The notes below the pieces were generated by a model, which was not told the origin of the DNA, did not search any database, and saw only the letters and a program-made list of their open reading frames with translations. Below, in pieces: positions 49,149 through 57,694 of a DNA stretch of 64,000 nt. Both the position numbers and the translations under genes were made by a program. Source of the stretch: a bacterium. GTDB lineage: Bacteria; Zhuqueibacterota; Zhuqueibacteria; Oceanimicrobiales; Oceanimicrobiaceae. Position 1 is the first letter of the stretch, and each line of letters begins with the position of its first letter. The stretch covers positions 1 through 64,000 of the forward strand of contig JBHHXN010000012.1 in the NCBI GenBank assembly GCA_046757025.1. Reading direction: 5' to 3'.

Positions 49149-50450
49149 CTAATATAAAGTTGGGATTTCCGGCCAGGCCTCCCAGGGCCAAAAGAATTTC
49201 CAGTATGGACCTCTTAAATATACCCCGACAATGATCAGTGTAATTACCGCCAGACAAATAATTGTAAATACCAGGTTCTGGACTTTTCGGCTCTTATGAA
49301 ACCAGACCCCGATGGCCTCTTTGGGACTTTTATCCAGAAATGGCCAGACAATAGCCAGAAATCCAAGCAGTCCTGGAATTAAAATGCCGCCCACCAGACC
49401 ACCGCTCACAGTCAAACTGCCAACTTTTACTGTTGTGATGGCCGTTAATTCTTGCAGCCAGAGAAAATACCACGGCGCTTTTGCCGGAATGGGGGTCACC
49501 GCGGGATTGGCCGGTTCTTCCAAGCCCACTGGAAAAACCAGCGCCAGCAACAAGGTGACAATAGTGGTGACCAAAAGCACCAAAGCAATACGCCGGGTTA
49601 GATTTGGGGAAGTCCGGACTGAATTGTTTTCATCCAGAATTTCGGTGGTGGCAGCCTGGATAGTGGTACCTTCGGTGACGCCCAGTAAAGAATAAGTCTT
49701 GGTTGGACTCACCGGAATGTCTCGTAATTTTGTCTGATTTATCAACGCGTCCATGCTCACTAAGCCGCCATCTTTTCGAATGCGCCACATGTGCAACGCG
49801 AATAAAACCACCACCATGGCTGGCAGAAAGAAATTATGCAAAACGAAAAATCGAATGAGACTGCTTTGCCCTAAAACGTTGCCGCCCAGCAAAACAAACC
49901 GAATGTCTTCCCCGATAAAAGGAAATTCAGCGGCAATACCCGTGGCAATGGTCAATGCCCAGTACGCCAGTTGATCCCAGGGCAGAATATAGCCGGAAAA
50001 GGATAGAAAAATGGTCAGTGCGAAAAGCGCAAGTCCGATATACCAGTTCCACACTCTCTGGTCACGATACGCGGTGGTGTAAAATACCCGCACCAGGTGA
50101 AAAAAGGCCGTTGCCACCATGAGCTGTGCAGCCCAGCGATGCTGTGACCGCAGCAGCCAGCCAAACACCACCACATTGTCGATGTCTTTGACACTCCAAT
50201 AAGCGTCCCGGATGGACGGAATGTAGAAAAACAACAACAATAGTCCGGTAATGGATAAAATCACAAATAAACAGGCAGAGATGGTTCCGAGCCAACAGGA
50301 GAATCCCCAGCTCATACTCTTCAGAGATATCCGCGAGGGAAACCAATGCAGCCAGAAATTTTTTACAACCGCCTCGCTTGCTTCCCGGTTAGAATGAGGA
50401 GACCAGGTCCAGATCAATTTTCGCCAAAGTAACAGCAGGTTTTCTTTCAT
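49149..50450 (-). CDS. Cytochrome b (b6 + subunit IV-like) with APWY Qo motif
   Basis: Four heme b His, GYILPWDQ, EEPANP..TP.PAKAPWYF. Confidence 0.9.
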   Translation of the reverse strand: MKENLLLLWRKLIWTWSPHSNREASEAVVKNFWLHWFPSRISLKSMSWGFSCWLGTISACLFVILSITGLLLLFFYIPSIRDAYWSVKDIDNVVVFGWLLRSQHRWAAQLMVATAFFHLVRVFYTTAYRDQRVWNWYIGLALFALTIFLSFSGYILPWDQLAYWALTIATGIAAEFPFIGEDIRFVLLGGNVLGQSSLIRFFVLHNFFLPAMVVVLFALHMWRIRKDGGLVSMDALINQTKLRDIPVSPTKTYSLLGVTEGTTIQAATTEILDENNSVRTSPNLTRRIALVLLVTTIVTLLLALVFPVGLEEPANPAVTPIPAKAPWYFLWLQELTAITTVKVGSLTVSGGLVGGILIPGLLGFLAIVWPFLDKSPKEAIGVWFHKSRKVQNLVFTIICLAVITLIIVGVYLRGPYWKFFWPWEAWPEIPTLY

Positions 50451-50462
50451 ATCGGAATGACT

Positions 50463-50930
50463 CTAAATTGTAAATTTATAATATTGTTCGACCTTTTGAC
50501 TGATGTCGACAACAAAATTGCCATCAGGAGAAAGCGAAAGTGGATGCCAGGCTAATGGTTTCGGAGCAGGCCCGCCTGTATTATAGCCGTTTTCTGCAAA
50601 CACACTCCCATGACAGGAACAGTAAAATTCCTGTCGATCCGGTTTCCAATCGGCAACGCATTTGAGATGCGTGCAGACGGCCGATATCACATGAAAATTG
50701 TTATCCTTTCGGAATATGTACAGTTTATGGTCAGGCAGGAAAGTAATCCCTTCCGGAAAATCATCCGGCTTGCCGATTTTGAATTTCGAGGGCGGCTCAT
50801 ATAACACCTGTGGGATGAACGCTTTAATGGCTCCAAATGCTTCAGCAAATACGGCAAGCACAACAGATACTTTACCGAAAATTTCGAAGAAGAATCTCCG
50901 CGTCATTTTGTTTGGTTTATCTTTTTCCAA
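50463..50930 (-). CDS. Rieske [2Fe-2S] protein
   Basis: TRRFF + TM; CTHLKC and CSCHGS; GPAPKPL. Confidence 0.92.
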   Translation of the reverse strand: MEKDKPNKMTRRFFFEIFGKVSVVLAVFAEAFGAIKAFIPQVLYEPPSKFKIGKPDDFPEGITFLPDHKLYIFRKDNNFHVISAVCTHLKCVADWKPDRQEFYCSCHGSVFAENGYNTGGPAPKPLAWHPLSLSPDGNFVVDISQKVEQYYKFTI

Positions 50931-50933
50931 GTT

Positions 50934-52886
50934 TTAAATCTCCTTAAAAGAAAATCTTTCCATTGTCATAGCGCCGGTGGGACACACAGTAGCGCATAAA
51001 CCACAGCGAATACAAACGACTTCGTCTTTAATCATAGCGGTTAAAGAGCCTTTTTTAGAGGCCACTTTTTTATCGATGAAGTCTTTTTGTTCCAGATCAA
51101 TTTCAGAGTAGGGAACCAGCTTTAAACAATCGTTGGGACAGTGATCCACACAAGCGCCGCATAGAATACACAGCTCGGAATCATAGATGGTGTTGATATG
51201 GCAAATCAAGCAGCGCTGAGCTTGTTTTCGAGCCTCTTTCTCCTCAAAAGAAAGCTCCACTTCATTGACGCCGGTACGGCGCTCAGTCGCTATCTTGTCA
51301 GGAGTTTTTCTTTTTTTGATTTCATATTCTCGGGGTTTATTGTAGTGTTCAGGTGAAAGCACTTCGATCGCCACATTACTGCTTTTCTGCTTGCTACTTT
51401 TATTCAAATAATTATCGATGGACTGGGCGGCTAATTTTCCATTGGCCACGCCTTCGATCAATATTCTGGCGCCAAAAGCCGAATCGCCGCCAGCAAACAC
51501 ATTTTCTCTGGTAGTGGCCAGGGTGTCGGGGTTTATTTTGATGTTACCGCCGGGTGTAAGCTCGATTCCATCCTCCGGCTTGATAAATGACAGATCCGGC
51601 ATCTGACCGATGGCCATGATCACCGAGTCGGCTTCAATAATTTCTTCGGTGTTGGGCGCCAGCTCCGGATTGAATCGTCCCTGTTCATCGAACACCCGAT
51701 TTACTCTCAAAAATTCGACTCCGGTAACACGACCCTGTTTTCCAATAATTCTTTTTGGCCCTCGGGATGGGTGAAAGGTGATACCCTCTTTTACCGATTC
51801 TTCAAACTCCTCTTTTCCCTGGGTGGTTTGCGAGGCCGGCATTTCATCGAATGATTCCAGGCTGGCGACATCCACTTTCAGGCTGCCCCTTCGCAAAGCA
51901 GTTCGAGCGACGTCGATGGCGGTCATCATCATGCCGGCTTCGGCAGAAATGTCGATGGCCAGCTTTGCGGCCTCTGAATCTGATACCAGTGCCAATACTT
52001 CTCGTAAAGCGGTGCGCGCCGAGTCCAAAGCCACCAGCCCGCCGCCTATGACGACTGTTTTTTTTCCTAAATCGATTTTGTACCCCTGGTTTACATTCAA
52101 CAGGTAATCTACCGCGTAATAAACGCCATCTAAATCTGTGCCGCCAATGCGAAGGTTACGACTCTGCTGAGCGCCGACAGAAAGAAAAATCGCTTCAAAA
52201 CCCATTCTCTGCAACGCATCTAAGCCAAAGTCCGCGGTAAGTGGAGTACTGAGCAGTACCTCCACACCTAGTGAAAGAACAAATTCGGCCTCTTTTCGCA
52301 AAACATCTTTAGGAAGTCTGTATTCAGGGATAGCGGTTCTCGGCATACCTCCCAGGGCATTGGAAGCTTCAAAGATCGTTACCTGATACCCCCTGAGAGC
52401 CAGATCATGAGCGCAGGCTAATCCTGAAGGTCCGCCGCCGACAACTGCCACTTTGTGCTTTTTCTGAGTTTGTTTTTTTTGAACCACCGCCGGCACATGC
52501 AGCGGCCAGATGGAGGCCTGGGGAGTTTTTTTACCTTCGGTGAGGAGTTCTTGTGTGTGGGCCAGCTCAGATTCGACGCCATATTTTTCCGTGACAAATC
52601 GTTTCAACGCTCGGATGGTGATGGGTTCATCGATTTTACCGCGCCGGCAGGCGTCTTCGCAGGGTGCAGCGCACAATCGTCCGCAGACCGATGCAAAGGG
52701 ATTTGAAGAACGCGCCACCAGGTAGGCCTCTTCATCTTCCCCTTCGCCAATGAGTTGAACATATCTACCGGAATCCGTGTGAACCGGGCAGGCTTCCATA
52801 CACAAAATATTCGTTCTATACCATAACAAATCCGGGACTTTTACTTTATATTTCAAATTGTTCTCAACCTTTGTTATTTGTTTCAA
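50934..52886 (-). CDS. FAD/NAD(P)-dependent Fe-S oxidoreductase (NfnB/GltD-like) with C-terminal ferredoxin domain
   Basis: C..ACP, CGRLCAAPCEDAC, GGGPSG, IPEYRLP, GGGLVALD, FAGGD, two CxxCxxCxxxCP motifs; no signal peptide. Confidence 0.9.
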   Translation of the reverse strand: MKQITKVENNLKYKVKVPDLLWYRTNILCMEACPVHTDSGRYVQLIGEGEDEEAYLVARSSNPFASVCGRLCAAPCEDACRRGKIDEPITIRALKRFVTEKYGVESELAHTQELLTEGKKTPQASIWPLHVPAVVQKKQTQKKHKVAVVGGGPSGLACAHDLALRGYQVTIFEASNALGGMPRTAIPEYRLPKDVLRKEAEFVLSLGVEVLLSTPLTADFGLDALQRMGFEAIFLSVGAQQSRNLRIGGTDLDGVYYAVDYLLNVNQGYKIDLGKKTVVIGGGLVALDSARTALREVLALVSDSEAAKLAIDISAEAGMMMTAIDVARTALRRGSLKVDVASLESFDEMPASQTTQGKEEFEESVKEGITFHPSRGPKRIIGKQGRVTGVEFLRVNRVFDEQGRFNPELAPNTEEIIEADSVIMAIGQMPDLSFIKPEDGIELTPGGNIKINPDTLATTRENVFAGGDSAFGARILIEGVANGKLAAQSIDNYLNKSSKQKSSNVAIEVLSPEHYNKPREYEIKKRKTPDKIATERRTGVNEVELSFEEKEARKQAQRCLICHINTIYDSELCILCGACVDHCPNDCLKLVPYSEIDLEQKDFIDKKVASKKGSLTAMIKDEVVCIRCGLCATVCPTGAMTMERFSFKEI

Positions 52887-53015
52887 AGAAAAATTATACT
52901 TGCTCGCTTGTGAATTCGACCTAATTTACAAACTGTCTTTTCAACTCAGCAAACCACTTGCCCGATCAATTTTAGTTTTATCTACAGCAATATCATTGCG
53001 ATGTCAACAATCAAA

Positions 53016-53375
53016 CTAATTCAGCACTGCAAAAACCGCTTGCTCTATGGCTTCGGTATGAATGGGTTTCACAGCATAATGCGCCACTCCTTCTTGTAAA
53101 ATCTTACCACCTATTTCTTTACAAGGATCGCTGGAGATTACGACAAGCGCAACTTTTGGCCTAATTTTTCTCAGTATCTTCACCATTTTTAAACCGTCAA
53201 AAGCAGACATTTCCATATCATAGATAATTACCTGGTAATCCCGTTCTAACACCTCTAATAGAAAATCAACATCATTTACGAGAGTGCATAAACTTAAACC
53301 ACGACCCGAGAATAATTTCATCAATTGTTTCCGCGATGCTTCTTCCCGGCAACCGATAAGAATTTTCCCTTCCAC
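53016..53375 (-). CDS. Atypical stand-alone receiver domain protein
   Basis: KILIG, VIIYD, DGLKM, VVISS, VKP; the canonical acidic pair after beta1 is replaced (GCREE). Confidence 0.8.
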   Translation of the reverse strand: MEGKILIGCREEASRKQLMKLFSGRGLSLCTLVNDVDFLLEVLERDYQVIIYDMEMSAFDGLKMVKILRKIRPKVALVVISSDPCKEIGGKILQEGVAHYAVKPIHTEAIEQAVFAVLN

Positions 53376-53405
53376 CGCTGTTCTCCTGAAAATAGTTTTT
53401 GGTGT

Positions 53406-53421
53406 AACAATCTTTGTACCA
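53406..53421 (-). promoter_or_regulatory. Sigma54-like promoter
   Basis: Minus strand TGGTACAAAGATTGTT, 30 bp upstream of 53375. Confidence 0.65.
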
Positions 53422-53538
53422 AGCAGGCAATTTCAACAAAAATATATAAGTGTCGCTATTAATAATTGATTATTATCAACTTATATTTGTTAATAAAAAG
53501 TATTATATGAATAATGATCACATCAATTAATTTCACAA

Positions 53539-53645
53539 GTGACATATTGGTCTCGATTCATTTCAAGCGACTTAGATTTATGATACTGTTTTTATTATAT
53601 TTGTAAATTGTGACCAACGTTACTCTCGTGAGACAGAGCTGTCTC
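53539..53645. promoter_or_regulatory. Enhancer-like operator boxes
   Basis: GTGACA-TATT-GGTCTC (53539), weak box (53610), perfect GAGACA-GAGC-TGTCTC (53630). Confidence 0.65.
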
Positions 53646-53819
53646 ATATATTAATTTTAAAATGGCATCAAAAACGCCTTTTCGTTCTAAAAAAAATTCG
53701 ACTAACTAAATATAACTTGAAGAATAAAGGCTCGAAGGAATAGAGTCAGCTCACACGGAACTTAAAGGATGACACTTTATAAATCAATGGGGACTACTAA
53801 TTATTAAGAAAAGTAAATT

Positions 53820-53850
53820 ACCTGGAGGAATCAGAAAGATTCCTCCAGGT
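53820..53850 (-). terminator. Hairpin, probable terminator
   Basis: Perfect 13-bp stem ACCTGGAGGAATC / GATTCCTCCAGGT downstream of the 53915 gene. Confidence 0.7.
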
Positions 53851-53914
53851 TTGGGTAATTACCTTCTTCGTTCTGCCTACCCTTAAACGTACTTTATCAT
53901 ACGGTCATATGATA

Positions 53915-56902
53915 CTATTTCATCAATAGAAGTTTTTTAGTGGCAACAAATCCATTCACTTCGAGTCTATAAAAATAAACACCTGTGGCAAGATTGGCAC
54001 CGTCGAAAGTAATTTTTTGACGACCTGCAGGCATAACTTTATCTACAACTGTTGCAACCTCTTCACCAAGAATGTTATAGATCTTTAATTTCACATTCCC
54101 TTGTTGGACTATTTCAAACTCAATGTTGGTAGTAGGATTGAACGGATTCGGGTAGTTCTGAGATAAAGAGTAAGACTTTGGAAATTCTGCAACTTTTCTA
54201 TCTTCGACACCTGTTATAGATTTGATATTTAATGTGTGAAGAACACTACCCGTGGTCCAGTGTTCAGCTCCGCCACCGTTATCTATAAGTGCTAACCCGA
54301 ACTTAAAGCTACCGACTGTGAACTGGGCGTCATCATCATTTCCCGTATTCAATGCTCTTTTCATTTCTACATACCAGACACCATTATCCCAGGTTCCAGC
54401 TTGCATGACATCGCCACGGCTGCCTGCTGGAGGCCGTAAAATTCGCTCCGGAACCACGGCGCTTAAGGCGGCATATTTGGCCCAAACACTCGCCAGGTCG
54501 CTCACATCTGTTACCAGAACCGCTTCACCGTTATCAATTTCAGCTTGTGTCAGGATCATGGCATCGATATAGTCTGTCGGGTCGGTTTCAATATAGAGCG
54601 GTCCATCTTTGGCGGCGTTGCGATTGCGTGCATAGGTGCTACCGCCGGCGTCGCCATGACGACCGCCATCACCGGAATCGGTAAACTCACCAACAAATTT
54701 GTCATCCAAATAACCGACCATGGTCACCTTGCCGGTTGTCACTTCATGAGTATTTGCATCAACGGTCAAATCTCCGAACTGGTTGGCACTCAGGACACCA
54801 AGAGACCGGGCTGCTTTCATGTGCCACATGTCGGCGGTTTGACCAGCAGGCAAAAAGGCATCATCCGCCAGTGTTGTTGAATCGTTGCCGGCGTTGGTGT
54901 TATCCACATCTCTGTGGCATTTGTTCATGCAGCCTCTGGCTTCCCAATCCGCCTCCGGAATACTGATGTTCCAAAGCATGGCAACTCTATCTTCGGATTG
55001 ACCAGAGCTGGTTGACCAGTTCGCACCGTCATAGCTCCAGGAACCACTACGCGTCATACTTAAGGTTGGATCATCCCATTTAACCAGAAAATAGATATCC
55101 GTAGTGGTGACGGCCGCTTTCATGTAAACCTTTTTATTGTTAGCCAAAGGAATATCCTCAACCCAATCTATACCAGCCCAGTCCGTGGTATCACCATCCA
55201 CGGTTGGCGCGGTTGTCACTTCCACTGCATCGACGGTTTTACCTTCACCACCCAATTGTTTAAACCACATATTGTTATACCAGAAAAGTAAAGCCTTTGC
55301 CAGGTCCTGGTCCGTCTGCTCACTCCAGTCAGTCAAATTATCCGAAGTTAAATCCACTCCAAAATTCGGATAACTGCTCTTGATGTGGCAGCTTACTGCA
55401 CAGGCATTCGGCATAGCCAGATCCAAAGTCTTCTGCGGAGAAAGAACTTCAAACGTATGAGCATGAATGTCATACGAAATGGCGGATTTTATTATTTTTG
55501 GATTATGACATTTCGAACAACGGCTCGCGCCGGTACCTGTAGGATCATATTTATGGTTTGTATGATTTCTTACTACCGCTGCAATGGCATCAACATTGTT
55601 ATCATAATCCGCAACCCACTCAGTTGGAATTTCTGCAAAATCTCCATGGGTGGCATGACAGGCTAAACAGAGGGTATTATTATCATTCTCAGTTGCTATC
55701 GTAATCTCAGCGCCAGTCGAATCTTCTTCTACAATCGACGTTCGCATATGATGTTTCTCTGTGTTGTGGACATCATGGCAATTATAGCACGTGACGTCAC
55801 GCCATGGCTGCGAAAGATCGCCTTTTCCGCTTTTATTGAAATCAAAAAATTGCTGATGATGTTTTTGGGAGGACCCATCCGGCCAGTAACCGCCCCCATC
55901 AGTATATAAGTTTGCCACAAGATCACCGACTGTCCAGGATAGGAAGTTTTGATCGTCAAAAGGAAAGCTAAATATATTATTAGGCAAACTTTTACCACGT
56001 GAATGGCACATACCACAGAGATTTGTCGCTTGCGTTACCGTTAAATCAGTTCTGGGATTGATAATTTTAGTCTTATCTGTTGTCATAGCATGATCACTTC
56101 CCGGCCCGTGACAACGCTCGCAACCGATATTAATTTGGTCAAGATCGCCGTCGCCGTCTATATCAAATATGTTGTTCTTATCAGCATAAAGAGCCTCATT
56201 CTCCACACCAGCACCGCTCATTATCCATTCTCCATTACCATCCTGTTGTACCTCCAGTCCAGTCGTATGACAACCCGAACAACCCTTGGTTAAGCTTCTA
56301 CTATTGGTTGAGGCGACAGCACGCGTGGGATAAGCAATCGGAACATTGCTGGCGTCATACCAAGCTTCTGGATGATAGAGAACGTATTCATGGGTTTTTT
56401 CATTATACTGGATGGGAGAAATATAGTAATCGTTAGATTCCCCTTCATCGGTATTAATTTTCACGACATAACGTTGTTTATATAAACCGCTACCGCCATA
56501 AGTCAGGTAAACTTTGTGAGTTTTGTTACCAATGGTTATAGTATAGCCATCTTGAGCGGAGTAAGCCAATATTGGCGCATTGGGTTTATATGGATCAAAA
56601 ACGCTGCTGATATTGTTGAAATCTAATCCATCATGAAAATCATCGATTCCATTTTGATCATAATCATTAATAATCCCCAATAGGGTTTCCATCGTGTGTG
56701 AATCATCCGGCACGTAGGAATAGCCATTGGCGTGCATAGACGTCCGCCAGCCTGCCTTTGGCCCAAAACTTCCCATTTGATTTTGATGGCACAATAAACA
56801 TTTTTCAGGACCAACATACGTCTGAGCTAAAACCCCCAGTGGTAATATGAATATTGCTGCCATCACAAATAAAATTAAACCACCGTAACAGTTTTTGAAC
56901 AT
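53915..56902 (-). CDS. Multiheme cytochrome c + DOMON/ethylbenzene dehydrogenase gamma-like domain + T9SS-type C-terminal domain
   Basis: 7 CxxCH + CAVSCH + CMNKCH; SEDRVAMLW...DMWHMKA heme-DOMON motifs; C-terminal QNYPNPFNPTT...LATGVYFYRL...KKLLLMK. Confidence 0.87.
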   Translation of the reverse strand: MFKNCYGGLILFVMAAIFILPLGVLAQTYVGPEKCLLCHQNQMGSFGPKAGWRTSMHANGYSYVPDDSHTMETLLGIINDYDQNGIDDFHDGLDFNNISSVFDPYKPNAPILAYSAQDGYTITIGNKTHKVYLTYGGSGLYKQRYVVKINTDEGESNDYYISPIQYNEKTHEYVLYHPEAWYDASNVPIAYPTRAVASTNSRSLTKGCSGCHTTGLEVQQDGNGEWIMSGAGVENEALYADKNNIFDIDGDGDLDQINIGCERCHGPGSDHAMTTDKTKIINPRTDLTVTQATNLCGMCHSRGKSLPNNIFSFPFDDQNFLSWTVGDLVANLYTDGGGYWPDGSSQKHHQQFFDFNKSGKGDLSQPWRDVTCYNCHDVHNTEKHHMRTSIVEEDSTGAEITIATENDNNTLCLACHATHGDFAEIPTEWVADYDNNVDAIAAVVRNHTNHKYDPTGTGASRCSKCHNPKIIKSAISYDIHAHTFEVLSPQKTLDLAMPNACAVSCHIKSSYPNFGVDLTSDNLTDWSEQTDQDLAKALLFWYNNMWFKQLGGEGKTVDAVEVTTAPTVDGDTTDWAGIDWVEDIPLANNKKVYMKAAVTTTDIYFLVKWDDPTLSMTRSGSWSYDGANWSTSSGQSEDRVAMLWNISIPEADWEARGCMNKCHRDVDNTNAGNDSTTLADDAFLPAGQTADMWHMKAARSLGVLSANQFGDLTVDANTHEVTTGKVTMVGYLDDKFVGEFTDSGDGGRHGDAGGSTYARNRNAAKDGPLYIETDPTDYIDAMILTQAEIDNGEAVLVTDVSDLASVWAKYAALSAVVPERILRPPAGSRGDVMQAGTWDNGVWYVEMKRALNTGNDDDAQFTVGSFKFGLALIDNGGGAEHWTTGSVLHTLNIKSITGVEDRKVAEFPKSYSLSQNYPNPFNPTTNIEFEIVQQGNVKLKIYNILGEEVATVVDKVMPAGRQKITFDGANLATGVYFYRLEVNGFVATKKLLLMK

Positions 56903-56965
56903 GACAACCTCCTTAAGTATTAGTGATAGAACTGTTATTTAGAAATCGACTTTTTTTAAGTTATT

Positions 56966-57298
56966 TCACACGGACTCGAAAACCAGCTCCAGGTTACTCG
57001 GCTTGACTACATAATATTCCACACATTCCTGTAAGATACTATTTTCGATTGATTTGAATTGATCAATTGAGATACGATAAAGAAAATTTAGACCAAAGTT
57101 TATTTACAATCGTCACCACTTTCAATCCACCAAATACGGAAATCTCCATATCAATCAGAATTACTGGTAAATTTCATGTTAATACTTCTATGAAAAAATC
57201 AATATTAGAAAAGAAAATAATTCTAACTTTAAAATGAGAAATCAAATGACAGCAAAATTCATGTTCTGGAATGTTAGAAAGACTTTCGAATTCAACAT
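56966..57298 (-). pseudogene. Decayed atypical receiver domain gene
   Basis: Minus-strand fragments DFFIEVLT*NLPVILIDMEISVFGGLKVVTIVNKLWSK and (other frame) ISIDQFKSIENSILQECVEYYVVKP align with the 53016-53375 protein; in-frame TGA at 57176-57174 and a frameshift. Confidence 0.75.
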
Positions 57299-57324
57299 AA
57301 ATATTCATTGCGAAACTTTACCTA

Positions 57325-57340
57325 TGCAATTATATTACCA
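57325..57340 (-). promoter_or_regulatory. Sigma54 promoter
   Basis: Minus strand TGGTAATATAATTGCA (canonical GG/GC spacing). Confidence 0.7.
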
Positions 57341-57460
57341 AATACAATTTTTTAAGCAACAAACATTCTACACTCCCATTAATATTTGATTATTAATAAA
57401 TTATAGACGTAATAATATTATTTAAATGACGGCACTTCAGGCAATCACTTTTATTTTAGA

Positions 57461-57565
57461 GAGACATGCAATTCTCATTATTTTGGCAACAATAAGTATA
57501 ACGCATTGTTTTATTACAATTTATGAATTGGGACAGATTGTTCACCTGTGGGACAGAGGTGTCAC
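57461..57565. promoter_or_regulatory. Enhancer-like operator boxes
   Basis: GAGACA-TGCA-ATTCTC (57461), GGGACA-GATT-GTTCAC (57530), GGGACA-GAGG-TGTCAC (57550). Confidence 0.65.
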
Positions 57566-57631
57566 TAAATGTCTTGGATTTTACAAAACCTTGTTAATTG
57601 CAGTCATCGGTTTAAATATTAAAAGGAAATT

Positions 57632-57669
57632 AAAAAAAACGCGCAGGAAGAGGGACTCTTCCCGCGCGC
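57632..57669 (-). terminator. Intrinsic terminator
   Basis: CGCGC.GGAAGAG-gga-CTCTTCC.GCGCG stem with T8 tail on the minus strand. Confidence 0.8.
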
Positions 57670-57694
57670 AGATATATAAGGTAAAGGGGGCTAA

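Noticed and set aside
51196..51215. CLICH (CxxCH) in the NfnB/GltD-like flavoprotein as a heme c site
   Set aside because: The protein has no export signal and the motif is the EA.RCL.C-type Fe-S ligand segment of this family; not counted as heme
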